A stretch of DNA of 64,000 nt from Lingula anatina. Taxonomy: Eukaryota > Animalia > Brachiopoda. Where the stretch lies: contig CM120647.1 of assembly GCA_051362555.1 (NCBI GenBank), positions 17,212,651 through 17,276,650 of the forward strand, written 5' to 3'. Positions 23,407-38,008 of the stretch are shown here, in pieces. The position numbers and the translations under genes were made by a program. A model generated the notes under the pieces. It searched no databases. It saw only the letters and a list, made by a program, of their open reading frames with translations, and was not told the origin of the DNA. Position 1 is the first letter of the stretch; every line of letters begins with the position of its first letter.

Positions 23407-26400
23407 TGTCTAACTGTGCAGGTAAAACTGCATGTTTTTTAAAACACACGGTACAGTTCAAAGGCTTTTTCATTCATTTGATCCCCAACCCCTTATTTAC
23501 ACCTTCATTCAATGTATTAGGTCAACTGTCCTCGAATTTTCACTTTGGTGTATTTCAGATTGCTCCGACCCTGGTAATATCACCAATACCAACCGTTCTC
23601 CGGCCTACCAGAGTGCCGGGTTCTATGAGGGGGACACAGTCACGTACACGTGTGACCAGTGTTCATTCCTGGAGGGCGAGACATCCAAATCCTTCAACAG
23701 AACCTGCTCCAATAATGCCTGGAATAACGAGCGAAACTGTTCTCGTAAGTTTACTGCATGTGTGGATGGAAATATGTTTTTTTAGTCAACGTGTGCTGAA
23801 GTGATGTGCCAGGAATGGTAGTTTTGGAATGGATGTGGTCCACTTCCTAACGTTAAATGCAAATCTGTTCATTTCCTTATTGTACGTTTGTTCACCTTTT
23901 TATTTATTTATTTATCTATCTTGACAGGCTACAGCTGCAGTTCACCTGGTAACGTCACCAATGCGGTTCGTTCCGGTACCGGTGAACTGTGCGGGGACAG
24001 CCGCCAGTACCAGTGTTATCCGGGCTTCAAGATCTGGTCAGAGGGACGCTGGTCACACACCCACACAAGCACCTGTCAGGCCGACGGCCAGTGGTCAAAC
24101 CCGGCCACAGAGTGTGTAGGTGAGCAAGGACAGAGGCTTGTGCTTGGTTCACAAAACGTTTATGATAGATAGGGAATGTGTTCGGCCCGGTGTTTTAACC
24201 CACGTGCGAAATACTAGTCCGCCGAGTTCTTTTCATGACGAGTTTAAAACCCGAGACATAAAGTTGTGTCGGTGTGACGAAACTTAAGGTCCGTGTAACA
24301 GAGAGTCCGCCCTCCATTTAATTAGAGGTTAGGGTAAGGCTGACGAAAATAGGTCAAAATCTAGAACGAGACTTACCTGTTTGAATTCATGGGAACCACG
24401 GAAACCCTCTATAATGGGGACTCTCTGTCACGTCACACCGGCACATTCTGACTGGCGGTGGTATCGCCTTTCACAAGTTCACTTCCTTCCGTTTAGTTAA
24501 TAATTTTCCGTGTCGCACGTCGTGTGACTCTCTGATATGCAAATACTTTGCTAGCCTGACGATGACAGTTATCATTATTAATTGGTAAGAGGAACAATTG
24601 TTGACATTTTTATTGGACTTACAAGTCTTATGAGTGAAAATACATGTTACAGGTTAACCTAGTACGTTACTTAGTTGAAAATATTTTGCTAAAAACTATC
24701 AAGACAGCAGTAAAAATTATTTACAAATTATTAAAACTCACAACATTTAAAGCGAAGCATAACACCATTTAAGTAGGCTGTTTAAAAATTCTATTACTTT
24801 TTCATGTTCAGTTCCATCATCAAAACTGTTCCTACTAATACTGATCTCCAAATGTGCGACACCATTTCTAGCACGTCACAAACTTTATAATTACAAATGT
24901 CGTGACCTCTCTACAAGTGACACAAATAAAAAATGAAATCACTTGTGTCGCATTAAACGAAAAAATAATAAAATATGTGACTTTGTTTCTAAAAATCTAG
25001 TCCACTGACAAACTGGCAAAACTTTTTTCTTAACTAAAGTTGATGCCTTTTTCCACACCTGTTTTATAGCGTTCTGCTAAGACTACGGCACTGTCACTTT
25101 ACCCTTAGGGGTCATCCATTTTTTATCATCATTTTCACAAATCTGTTGAGAGTAGATTTTTCCCAGACACCCCCCCCCCCCTAGGGCATACAAGATGAAA
25201 AGCTAAATATGACGACCTTTGACAGCAATGTTGACTAGCGTTTTCGCTATTTTTCAAAAACCTACATCCCCCCACCCTCCGGCGTAAGGTTTGTACACTT
25301 TGAAAATGATGATAAAAATGGATGGCCCATAAAAGATGTAATTTCCATCTGCAATTACAAGACTTGGCAAAAACAATATTCTAGTACAACAAAGTTAGGC
25401 TCACATCTGGGTCGTTATAGAACTAGATGACTTCGTAACGTAGAGAGTGGACGCGCTTCGTTCGCTTAAACTGTGTCCAACTTTCGCAGCACAACCAGTC
25501 TGCGTTTCAGAGTTCCAACGACGATAATTAAAACACGATTTAAAAATGCTCACCAACTCGTCCCTAAAAATTCGAGCCGACGCAACGAAAAGAAAAAAGT
25601 TGGTGTTGTGATTCAGCAAACTGATGAGGAACAGTATTTCCCGCCCGAGACTGGTGCGTTCCACGGGTCTCCCACGCCGTATAATAAAACCCCTGGAGAG
25701 CTGCCAGTAGAATTCAAAGCCGACGAACGGCCATGTGAGCAGGAGGAAGGCGACCAGTGTTGTTAATAGTAGAGTGTTTGTTTTATTGTACGTCGAACCA
25801 CTTCTACCAGTCTGCTGCCGTCCTCCAGAAAGTCGTTGTCTTACAAAATGGTTCCTTTTCAGTTTACATACGATGGCGAATGTCGTAGCACCGACAGCTA
25901 CTGAGATAATTAACCCTCCAAATATATCTGTATATAACACGGCGTGCCGTATATTAAGCGCTGTTTCTAGAGATGAGTAGCACATTGCCAGAGGAGGGGA
26001 ACTGAGGCCCAAAGCCAGCAGAATGAGGGCAAAACAGGTCATCAAAGCCTTTCGTCTCGTGCACAGACTTGCCGCTCTAAACGGATGATAAACTATAATA
26101 ACCCTCTCCACCGTTAACGCCAATACGTACAACTTTGAGAGGAAAAGAAAAGTGGTCTGCAAAGACTTTCCTACTGATTTGGCTGTACATGGCGTTTTTG
26201 TTGTTTTATCAAACGTGATGCACTCGTACGAAAAATACAAAAGACGCAGCTGGTCCGCGCCGGCAAGGAACAAAATGTAAACAAAGCTGGATTTGCGTCT
26301 AAGGCTCGGACGTCGAAGAACCACAAGGAAGGTGAGGAAGTTACTAATCAGACCGATGGCAGTCAGATTATACAAAGTGGTACACCAGCATGTCCACAGA

Positions 26401-28128
26401 GGAAGCCAGCACCTTTGTTCCGATGAGAGCTCGGGATAGTCGTAGCTGCGGGAAGTACCCTGTGTCATATTTTTATCCGCACCTTGTCCATGCATCTCCG
26501 TACAGTGAGTCTATCTCATTTACCGTCAGAAATGTTGCCTGTAAGTAAACTCTCGTCCTTCTTGGTGGTCGACGTTACTATATACTAGTAGGTTCAGGAA
26601 AGATCACAACTACTGGTACCTGTCCTGTTCAGCGCATTGTTCTAAGTGGCAAATGTCACGATCAATAAGTGATATTATACGGGTCGCCGAGCTGTACGTG
26701 AAATATAGCAGTTGTATTGTGGAGACTTAGATAATTCACGAGTAATGTTCGTGTGCAGCTCAGAAGCGTATCCTCTGATTGGCTACTACACCGCCCTAGC
26801 GACATTTTGCTTATACATGTTGAAGGCTTACTCTCTACTTGAGTGCACTTGGTGAAATTTATTCCGTGCAAAAATTTTTTTTTTTTTTTTTTTTGGGGGG
26901 GGGCAGTAGAAAAGTTGGAAGTATTAGCCAGAGAATTAAAATTTCTGTAATATCAATCTGTGGTAATATCAAGTCCTAGTGGAGGGTATTTAGGACACCT
27001 AGTGGTCACTTTCCTCGTCTTGGGCATCGGATGAGGAGGGTCGACACAAATCTTCTACATTTTTTTTGCACGCAATCTCAATTGCAAGATAGAATTCTGG
27101 CACATGCAAAGTATCACTTAATGGGTAATAATTTGTTCACCAAGTGGCGCACCTGACGTACTTTAATTTCAGAGAAGAGGCACTTACTTTTTTTTCAGAG
27201 GGGTGGCAATGTAAGAAACTTACCAGAAAAGATCACTTCTCCCCCTCCCCATTTTGTCATTAAAATAGTGATAATAGTGGCGGATTAAGTGGGAGGGGTC
27301 GGGGGATTCGGTCGAACACCCCGCTCCCAAACTAAGTTTTCAAAGTATAATGTGCATGATTTTAGAGAAATGAGCCCCTCCACTCGATCAAAGTCGGGAT
27401 TGCCTCTTTCTCAATTTTTCTCTCTTTTTGTTACTCTGTGCGCCTCATTCAGTGGATCAGGTACTGGTCGTAGGCATTTCATCCTATTGCTAACTCATAA
27501 ACAAAAGTTAACTCCCGTAGGGGAGTACTCCCTAACCTTTAATATTTATAGACTTAAACTTGCAGCTTGCACGACGTGGCATCTCGTGAGACAAAGGTCA
27601 GTTATCTAACTAACCTGCCTCCAGGGAAGTTAATTAGTAGTGAATCATAAGCTATTGCCCCTTATCTAAGATCGTCTCAGCTATTAATCAAATTGGTTCC
27701 CGACTTTCATAAGCACCTCGGTCCATGTAGCTACAAAAGGTTTATTTCTGACGCTCTTATTTGCTTAAAAATTCAGTGAAACATGTGACCACTTGAAAAA
27801 TTGCTAAAGGTGGACTTTTTTAACGAGCAGTGTACCCGTCTTGCGACGTCAATTTACCGCTACACCGCGTTTTTTTTCCTCGCAACGCTATTGGCAACTT
27901 AGGATTTTTTTCAGTGTCAACGATCACTGCAGATTAGCCGATTACATAGTTAAACTACCTATTATAGCGCACAATCCTGGCGTAGAGCATTTTTACGGAT
28001 GCTCTTATAACGTCACAGGACTCATTTTGGATATCTCCTCTTAATTTCCGTGGTTTTCCGATTGTCAACTTTATTTGATAAGACCAAGCGTGCGTTCAAA
28101 TTACAAGCGGTTTTTTTTAATTATTATC

Positions 28129-28168
<40 letters not shown>

Positions 28169-30439
28169 TTATGCTTGCAACCTCATACATCATACATGTA
28201 CCGTTGTAGAAATGAAGTTAAGAGGTGTAAACATTGCATGGTTACTCGTACAGTCCCATTCGGTTTATCCCTTCAGGTAGAAAATCAGTTGTTGGGTCAT
28301 GCTTTCACCTTCTGTCTACTAGTTTGCTTCCTATATTGTGCTGTGTACGTACTTCCTATGTTTTATTTAAACAGACAACAGAAGGTCACACATGTATATA
28401 TATTATGAGCATTTGGCAAACATTTTATTTCGTAACGAGCGCCAGCAGTTCCCATATTTTATTGATCATATGGCAAATCCTATACATATGAAATAGACCT
28501 ACGGGTACCTTGGCAATACGCATGTGAATCGCTGTTGTGAATCGCGATTGAGTGCTCTTCACGTTCACTACACAAAATAAATCTGCATTTTAAAGTTTAA
28601 CCAGAAAAGTTAATTTATGTATGGTAAGTAAGTGAACATTAAAGGTGTGTTTATATTTTCTTGCTTACCTTTAAAAATCGCACTCGTACATTTGCCGCTG
28701 TTTTGGGAGTTAACAACACGCTTATCACTTTTTTTTAAATGATAGTAGAGAAAAATAAATTTTACGTCTCTTAACTAAAACGCCCTTAACGCTGTCACTT
28801 ATATTAAGCTCATTACATACTTGGACGTCTTCCAATCTACCAGGGGTATAATTACTTTGGTTCTTGACTTGGTGCAATAGCTCACGGGAATCCAACTCCG
28901 TTGGCTATCTCTTATACATGTATATACCGTATGGAATTGACAGGTTTACAATTTGCTTTTGATAAAAACAATTAAAATGCCAGTGAAAACTAAGGCAAGT
29001 ATCAGACCAATGCCAAATGTAACCTCGGTTAAATTATTTATTCATTTATTTATTATTATTATTTTATTTTTTTATTTTTTAGTTCTATTTTTATTTATTT
29101 ATTTATTTATTTTATTATTATTATTATCTTTTAAATATTATATACCTTTGGACTCGAACTGTGCGTTCAATTTCCAAAAATTCTGCCGGCGCCCCTGAAA
29201 TAAGCGTGTTCGTAATGCCAAAGGTAACAAAACCGATATAATCATAGAAACAACACTCTGTTCTTATATCTCGTTTAAAAAAATATTTCCCAAGAGACCA
29301 ATCACGGTGGGTATTCAACTGTCGGAGGAGCTTTCACTGGATTAGATGTTCTTTATTCCCCCTTTTTTTTCCAGAGGATCCAGTCAACTTAGGCTGTGTC
29401 CAGCCCACTGATACGAGCTGGGCCAGCAGCTATACCACTGTCACAGGCACACGCACGGTAGACGCGTGTAGAACGCACTGTAAAGATCAGGGGATGGCGT
29501 ACTCCATATTGGGTAAGTACCCCGGTACAGTACTAGCATATAATACCTGAAAACTCGAGAAACACCCGCAGTATAATGTATTTCAATGAAATGACATTAC
29601 ACCGAAATTGGGCTTGAAATTATACACCATGGTTTTGGTCTATTGAAGGTTAAGATAAATCTGCAAAGGGGCCACTTAACCATATTTACCTGGAATATTG
29701 TTGTAACAACAATGTTATAACAAGGTCCATTTACATGTTCATTACCGTCACCCGTTACCTACATGTAGCTACACAGATGTTACACCGCGTGTTTTCTATA
29801 AACACGTATCTTATGCACAGATACATATACATTGTACGATAACATAAATGCATATATTTTCCAGCGTACGGTAACAGGTGCCTGTGCTCCACGCCTGGGC
29901 TCAGCCATTTCAATTACGTCACGGAGCGAGCTCGCAGTGCAGAGTACACCGAGGATCAGCTGTTCAAGTGTAACCAGACCTGCCCGGGGTCTGATGACTC
30001 TTACGAATACTGCGGCAACTCGCACGAGGATTATTACAGTTTATACGGCACAATGAGTGAGGGAATATTATAATTAAAATTTATTATACTATTCTTTTTC
30101 CTCGTTCTCGGATACTTGGCCATGCTATACTCAAAAAGCAACGTGCACGCAACGCACGTGTGCATATAAAAATACAGCACACCCAGTATATGTAAATATA
30201 ATGGAGTTTCTCAAGTGAAATATACCTCGCAAAGGCAATATTTCTTGTGATCTTTAAATTTTAAAATATTAACGTGGATCTAGATTTGCCTACCGTTTTA
30301 TTTTGACACTGTCTGTTTACAGTTCATACCACGTGGCAGCTGCCTAGCGGAAACGGTCTAACTACCCGGATGTCAAATGCTGCCGACAGTCTGAACTATC
30401 CGGAGATGTCGCCCCAAATCTGCTCCAGGTTCTTCTCCT

Positions 30440-30501
<62 letters not shown>

Positions 30502-30976
30502 GCGCGCTCGCAGGCAGATATGAACAGTCGAAGGTGTCAATGTAAAGTGAGTAACATGCATACGCAAACGCAGTCAAAGCCCGAGTTTTTCCGGCTAGAT
30601 GAGGTTTCATTAATTTTCAGTATTCACCATATAAAGGGTTTGTTTTTTTTAAGACAATAACATATTACTACATTTTATAGGTACTGCTACGGCAAAAGTT
30701 CAAACTACAGCTATGTTCTGGTGCGGCAGTGGGACTGTTATTGCATGGAAGAACCTGATACCGATTTAAGTAAGGTTTAACGAGTTTGGCTTATCCAGTT
30801 TACATAGAAACACAAAATAGCGAGTGCCCCAAACATACTGTATTTACTAGTAGTGCACAGATACAAGTTGTAACTCATTGTTTCAAACGAAACCCTTGTA
30901 CTATCAATCTAGCGTGAGCCATGTAAGACGCCTGTTAAAAACAGATAAATGTATAATCTTCTACATACTGTTTGAC

Positions 30977-31019
<43 letters not shown>

Positions 31020-32003
31020 CGTAAACTAGGCAGACACCCTGCGATTCACACGGTACCTTATTGCTTGTGTTCTTCAGGGGACATCGTGGATAAGGTGGCC
31101 AACTGTTCGTACAATGCCGAGAACTGCGGGGGCACTGACAGGGTGTTTGGGTACCCTTTAAGTAAGTGAAGTTTTCTTTTCATTCAGATGCTTATACCCA
31201 TGTTATGTATCTTCTGATGATAGATATTCATCCTAAAGTTCATTCCTCACTTATGTATAGCTCTCTGTGAACGGAATATGTATTTACGTTATTTCAGGAT
31301 TTTACCCGGGTTTTCCGCCAATGAATTTTCCATGACAGTTAAACTATCGTCCTCTACTCACAAACCACTACTTGATTCTTCTCTGATTTTGAATGCGATA
31401 TTTCTCGTTATTTCTTATTAGATAATTAATCATTACTGACTGGAAAGTCATTTAGACCATCAAGTTTCCCTGAGCATTTTCGAAGGAAAATTTGACACGA
31501 AGTACATTAGGGGTTTGAAGTTATCATTTATAGGTCTGAATTTGGGAAGATAAATATCTATGAAGTGTATAAACTGCACATATCTATCTTAAGATATATC
31601 AGGCATATATACCATAAAACATTACCTCTGTGAAATTTTAAGGAACATTTCACTTTGATATCAAACTGTTACTCTCTGACCACAAGGTGTGCTAGTAACC
31701 TGCACAAAATGATCATATCGCTCATAGTTTAATTTTGTATAATATTTCATGTACAAGCCCCTGCTATCAAAGGGTATAATCACACCGTGTACTTCCAGGT
31801 GAGGAACCGTATATCTCCAGCTGCCAGGATGTCTATAACGCCGGTCTCTGGATCCATGGGACCTATTATTCGTCAGACTCGTCGTCTTTTTACTGCAATA
31901 TAAAGGGTGAGTACTTTGGAACACGAACACTGAAAACGAATTTTAATCAGGCTTGTATAATCCGAAACATTGCTGTCAACGATGTGTGTTATTTGATTGG
32001 TGG

Positions 32004-32042
<39 letters not shown>

Positions 32043-33135
32043 GATTATTACAAGTAGCAGTAGCATTAGTGGTGTTATTGACAGCAGTAGCAGCAGCAGT
32101 AGGAGTAGTAATAGTAGGAGTAGTTGTAGTAGACAAACTGTAGTAGTAGTAGTATATGTATGTTTCTTGTAATGCCGTTCTATATTACTAAGTACAGCGA
32201 AGATCTCTTCCTCCAGCCGTTGACTTCCATATTATAACTGCCGTATATTCATTATCAATCCAGAGAACTCCACGGCGTGTGACCAAGGCTGGATCTCCCA
32301 TGGTGGTCACTGTTACAAACTGACCCACGTCCAGAAGAACTTTGACCAGGCCATCCAAGCGTGTGCGGCGGACAACGCCCACCTTGTGACAGTGAACAGC
32401 GCCAGCGAGATGAACTTCCTGAAAAACTTGATTCCTAGTAGGTTGCGTATAGTGTTGCTTTCGGTCTTAAGTGTTTTATATGGACATATAAAAAGCTTCT
32501 TAAGTGTTTTTTATCAGCTGAATATTCATGTCCTCAAGGATAAAATCGTCAGCAGTTGCAGCATCGACATTGCTGTCGTCTCATTGATGATGTCTCCTTT
32601 TATCGTTTGTATAAAGTGTAAAAGTGGCGATGACGTCATAGGTCGATATTTTATTGGGTGGTGGCGTCATCGGGTCAACAGCATGTTTTATAATATCTCG
32701 AAATCACTGATATAAGATCAGATGTTATAATTTTAGCAACCTTATTGCAACCTTGAAGCTTTATACATTTTAACCCAAATAGCAATGTAATTTCCAATAT
32801 ATGTGAAGTTTTAATTTCTATACATGTATCAATGGCTGAATTAACCCTTATCTAATATTTATTTTCTATTATATAAATTTACGTTTAACTTTATTAAGCT
32901 CGCCCGTCACTGCTGTACGAATGGTACTTTTTCATTGGATTCTACGACTTCGCTGACACTAAAGCTAGCACGTGGTTGGATGGTGCGTTAAGCAAATATA
33001 AATATTTCCACGGCGTCGCTCCAAATACCTTCGGCTACAAGTGCAATATTTTGATGCGGTCACAGCACTACAAGTGGAGGGACTGGTTATGTACGGAAAC
33101 GGAAGGGTATATTTGCGAAAAATCACCAGGTATTG

Positions 33136-33180
<45 letters not shown>

Positions 33181-34352
33181 AGTATAATGTGGTATTTATA
33201 TATCGCATCTTATACATCAGCATAGTAGCCCACGTTAAAGTATATACATAAAGAATTGTTGTTTTCAGCTCGTCAAAATACACATTGACATTTGAATTCA
33301 GACACGATTTTAAGCCGTCTGAATGACACCTTGTGGGTTCTTTGATAACATCTAATTCCTTGTGTGATGCGACTCTAAATATTACATTTGGTCGTATTTT
33401 CTTTCATACATCTTAACATCAAGCCAGCATGTGCATACTTCATATAAATGTGACGACAATATCAACATCTTTTATAAACTATGAATTTATTCGTACCATG
33501 CCATCATTGCACGTGGTGCTGTTAGATAAAGATCGCCGCACGTTCTGCTTCAGAGTACATTGGATGTTTTGACAGAGTACAGGATGGTGAGGTTGTTCTG
33601 ACTAACAGTAAGATGTCCATACAGTACTGTAGACAAACTTGTATGGCTAAGAGTTACGACTACGCAGCCTTGCTCAATGGAAACGCATGCCACTGTGTAA
33701 CCAATGGTAAGGCTTTAACAAGTTTATAACCAGACAAATAGTCGACTATATTATTCATTACCTTATTATTGTTCCATAAGTCTGTATACATCTATCGACA
33801 ATATTTATTTAATTGCATTTTTCTTTTTTGCATAAGTCAAAGTTAAAAGTAGTACTTAAAATTTGAACGTTTAAACTAACGCCTGATATCTGAGCTCTAC
33901 GGCACTCATTTGCGATTGTCTAGATAACCGTGTATTGGGGCAGGAAACTTAGTATGTTCTCTTTCCGCTAGATGGCACAAATGCCACGGCCTTTGACCTC
34001 CACTCTCCTCTCCCTATGACGTCATGCTCCACGCCGTGCCTGGCCAATGACAAACAGTACTGCGGCGCTGCTAACAAGTTCAACGTGTACCAAGCCTCAG
34101 GTAAGTGGAAGCCATTTTAATGGTTTGTCTTCTGTTTGGGATATTTTCATGTTAATTGTTTTAGCATTTACAAAGGTGAGCATCTGAATCATACTGAATG
34201 GTCATCATACTGAATGAAAAGCGCAATGCCACATGATCTAATAGATTTTTGACCAGAAGCACATTCTTAATTCTTCTTTTTCTACTTCTTTTTCCTCCTT
34301 TCCCCTCTTGCTCCTTTTTCTTCTTCTTTTTCTTCTTCTTCTTTTTTTTTTT

Positions 34353-34383
<31 letters not shown>

Positions 34384-35760
34384 TTTTATCTACCTGGGCA
34401 AACACCATGCCATAAAAAGATGGTTCCTTTCAAATAAATAATAATAAATAGCATTATCCTGTACACCATACAGTCTCCATTTGTCCTCACAGGTCTATCC
34501 AGCCCAGAATATGCCCAGTCCTGCTACGAGCTGGAGATGGCCGGACTGCCCAGTGGAGAATACATCATCAAACCTTCTGGTGGCTCACCATCTACCGTCA
34601 ACTGCACTATGGAGAGCGGTAAGAGCGAGCGGAGAGATGTGCATATATAAATGAGTCAAATTCTGGAGTAAGAGTGAGTGAGTGGTAAGATTCAACGACA
34701 ATTCGACCAAGGCATTCACTCGTCAAAAGAGTCTTCAGTTTAAATATAATGTGATCTATTGAAGGCCTTTTGTTTTCTTTTTCTTTGTGCCATTGGAAAC
34801 AGGGGGTGGTTGCATGGTTGTTGTGTTTGTTAATTCTTTCATACATTGGATATTAATTGATACATGTATAAGAAAAAATGCAGTTTGTAGCTTCAAAATG
34901 ACAATTTATGAGGTAATCAGAGATTTTTCCGGCACTTATTTTAAGTCAGATATGTATATACAGTGCTTTTCATTGCTGATCTTTTTTTTCTATGACGTCA
35001 CAGACGGGCTGTGTTCAGTGGGCTGGATTGGGCACAACGGGCACTGTTACCTCTTCTCAGCCGGATTTAACTCTTTCACCAATGTGCGCGCGATCTGCAA
35101 GGCACGTGACGCAACCATGGTAACCTTGGATGACGTCACGGAGGGCACATTTCTCTACAACGTGAGGGCAAATGTGCCCGCTCTTTATGACAATTCAGCA
35201 TACTGGCATGTTGGGGGATACGCTACAGCAGGCTACCATCACTATCAGTGGAATGACGGGAGGTTGATGAAATATTCCACGTGGATGTCTGGTCAGCCGA
35301 ATCTTCATACTCAGCTCTGTTTAGCGGCGGATATGCAAAACCCTCCACAACTCTTAGATTTACGTTGTACAGACAACCGACATTACGTATGCGAGAAATA
35401 TGGAGGTAGGTTCAGCTCTAGGCATATTATGACAAGCTTAGGTGCCAAATGTTCTATTTTGATAGGATGTGTATGATTTTCTTTATTCATCTCTAATGTC
35501 AACATATTGTGTGCAGTATAAAACCCATTGTCACCTTTGCATAGCACAACGTAATTTTAATAAACACAGAAATTTATGTGGCACAAAGATGACTCTTTTT
35601 GACTTCAAATCGAAGATTTAAAAAGCAAGTTTTAGATAAAACGCTTTTATATGTAAGGATGACTGTTAATTTCCCTATCTTCAGTAGCCTTCTCCTGAGG
35701 TAAAGAAACAGCATGCAACTAAGCTTTCATAACCTCAAACCTGTGTGTGTGTGTGTGTGG

Positions 35761-35809
<49 letters not shown>

Positions 35810-37973
35810 ATTTTGAATCGTTCTGAAACGCATACCCCAAACTAGTTTAAAAAATGCCCAGTAAACGACAAATACTGTCGGAGTATGAGGGCGCATTATC
35901 ACGGCAAAATGAGTTATTGTAGCCGACCAATCACATTCCAGGTTACAAAGGCTGTTATGGGGTTGCCAGCACGTCGTACCGTGTACTGGCCAATATCCCA
36001 AGTTTGACGGTGCAGCAGTGCATTGAAACATGCCGGGGAAAGAACAAGGCATTTGCCGGACTCAAGCAAAAAAGCTGCTACTGCTTCGATTCCATAGGTA
36101 AGACATTTCAAGAATACTGTGCCATACAATAATAACATTTATTTGCAACTAAAGGTAGTTGGATTGTACAACAATGTAAAATATATACACACCTGTATAA
36201 ATACATTGCGTTATATAAGAACAGTTAGACGCCTAGTCATTACATACATTTTGCACTGGGACGATCTCTATAAGAAAAAGGATAACAGGTTTACAAAGTA
36301 AACATGATTATTATAAGTTCATGATAGCAATAATGATAAGTAATATCTTAAGAGTTTGAAACAGTGGATAAATTAGATAAGTTGGTTCAAAAACGGTTCC
36401 CTTTGTTGTTCAGCGTTTCTCTAAGTTTTGAGTTGATTGACAACCATTTTTGCAAAATCCTGAATATCAAATAAATTTGCCCTAAATATCGTTCGATACC
36501 TTACCCTTATATTTGATTTCTCAGTGACGCAAACACAGGCACACAGCGTGTGTGACGTGGCATGTGAGGGCGGGGCGTACCAGAACTGCGGCGGTACGGG
36601 CAATGGTATGTCCATGTACCAGATAGGTGAGTAGTTCTGACTGACCTCTATCTGTTTGACTCGTTGGAAACTTTTCATAATGACATGTAAATTGTATGCA
36701 CCAATATACTGATTTTGATTAAAATTAGAGCAATTTCAAACATAATTATTAGGAAATAAATAAATACGTCAGATATGGCATATAAATATAGTACGAATGA
36801 ACGTGTGCATGGATACCAGCAAGTAGAGTCCTTTCCCTTTTTAAGCAAATATTGTTTATTACCATACGCATGTATGAAATAGGCAGATAGATAAATAGAA
36901 AGAGAGAGAGAGCTGGGGAATTGAGGAGGGTGCTCACGTCACATCCTCGATACAATATGTCCATAGTCCTTTTACATGTAGCATGTGCACACTGATTGTT
37001 TTCAGACAAGTACCCGAGCCTTGCAGACAGCTGTGAAGACCTGTACGACCAAGGAATTCGAATATCCGGGGATTACAAGATACAACGATATGGGGAAACC
37101 TTCATACAGACTTGCACATTTTACGGTAAGTCTCTCGGCTTGAAATATAGTCAAAAGTTATAATGCACGTTCTACTTAAAGCGCATAATGTACGAGTGGA
37201 TGGTGATATTGGAACAGCAGATTAATAATGACAAATTTATCCGCCGAAACAAGAGAGATCGCGCGCCTAGATATTTTAAATATTTAACCTTACCCTCTAC
37301 GCGGAATAATGACGGCGCGGTATGATTTTCAAGTCAAAACCGACATTGTCTCATAAGATGTTGTCGATGATATAACATGAAAAACCAGGTATAAATTGTT
37401 AATTTTAACAACTCTCTGTTAGAGAACAATCCTGATTGCCCTTCCGGTTTCATACGCTGGCGAGGAGAGTGCTACAAATTTGTGACGTCAGCGGCATCAT
37501 GGAATGCTGCAAATGGCGCATGTCTAAACAGCGGCGCAGAGATGTTGTCCATACTTAACAGTGAAGAATGGGACTTTGTTCAATCTACGCTAACAGGTAT
37601 ATTCAGCGTCATATTGATACAGCTGTTTTATATAGTAATGATTATATTTTTAAGAAAAGTCACAGAGAAGACTTAGATTAGGCTTATCGTGCAACTAGTG
37701 TCAGTGCAGGTACAAGTTTCACTGTTGTCGTTTAATGTTCTCTTTGCGTATTTAGGGGATGGCACCAGTAAGGATATATACTTCACTGTATATAATAAGT
37801 CGTAAATATAAGTGCAAAAAAATTTGAGACTAGGATTTGTAACATCATTAAATAAAAGTGAACGATCTTGCAAAATGCAGAAAATAGATTAATAAAGACA
37901 CTGGCTATATAAACGAGAGAAATGTCTAAGTCTAGTCAATTTAGCCTTTGATATGCTTTGCAGCAATTTTATC

Positions 37974-38008
<35 letters not shown>

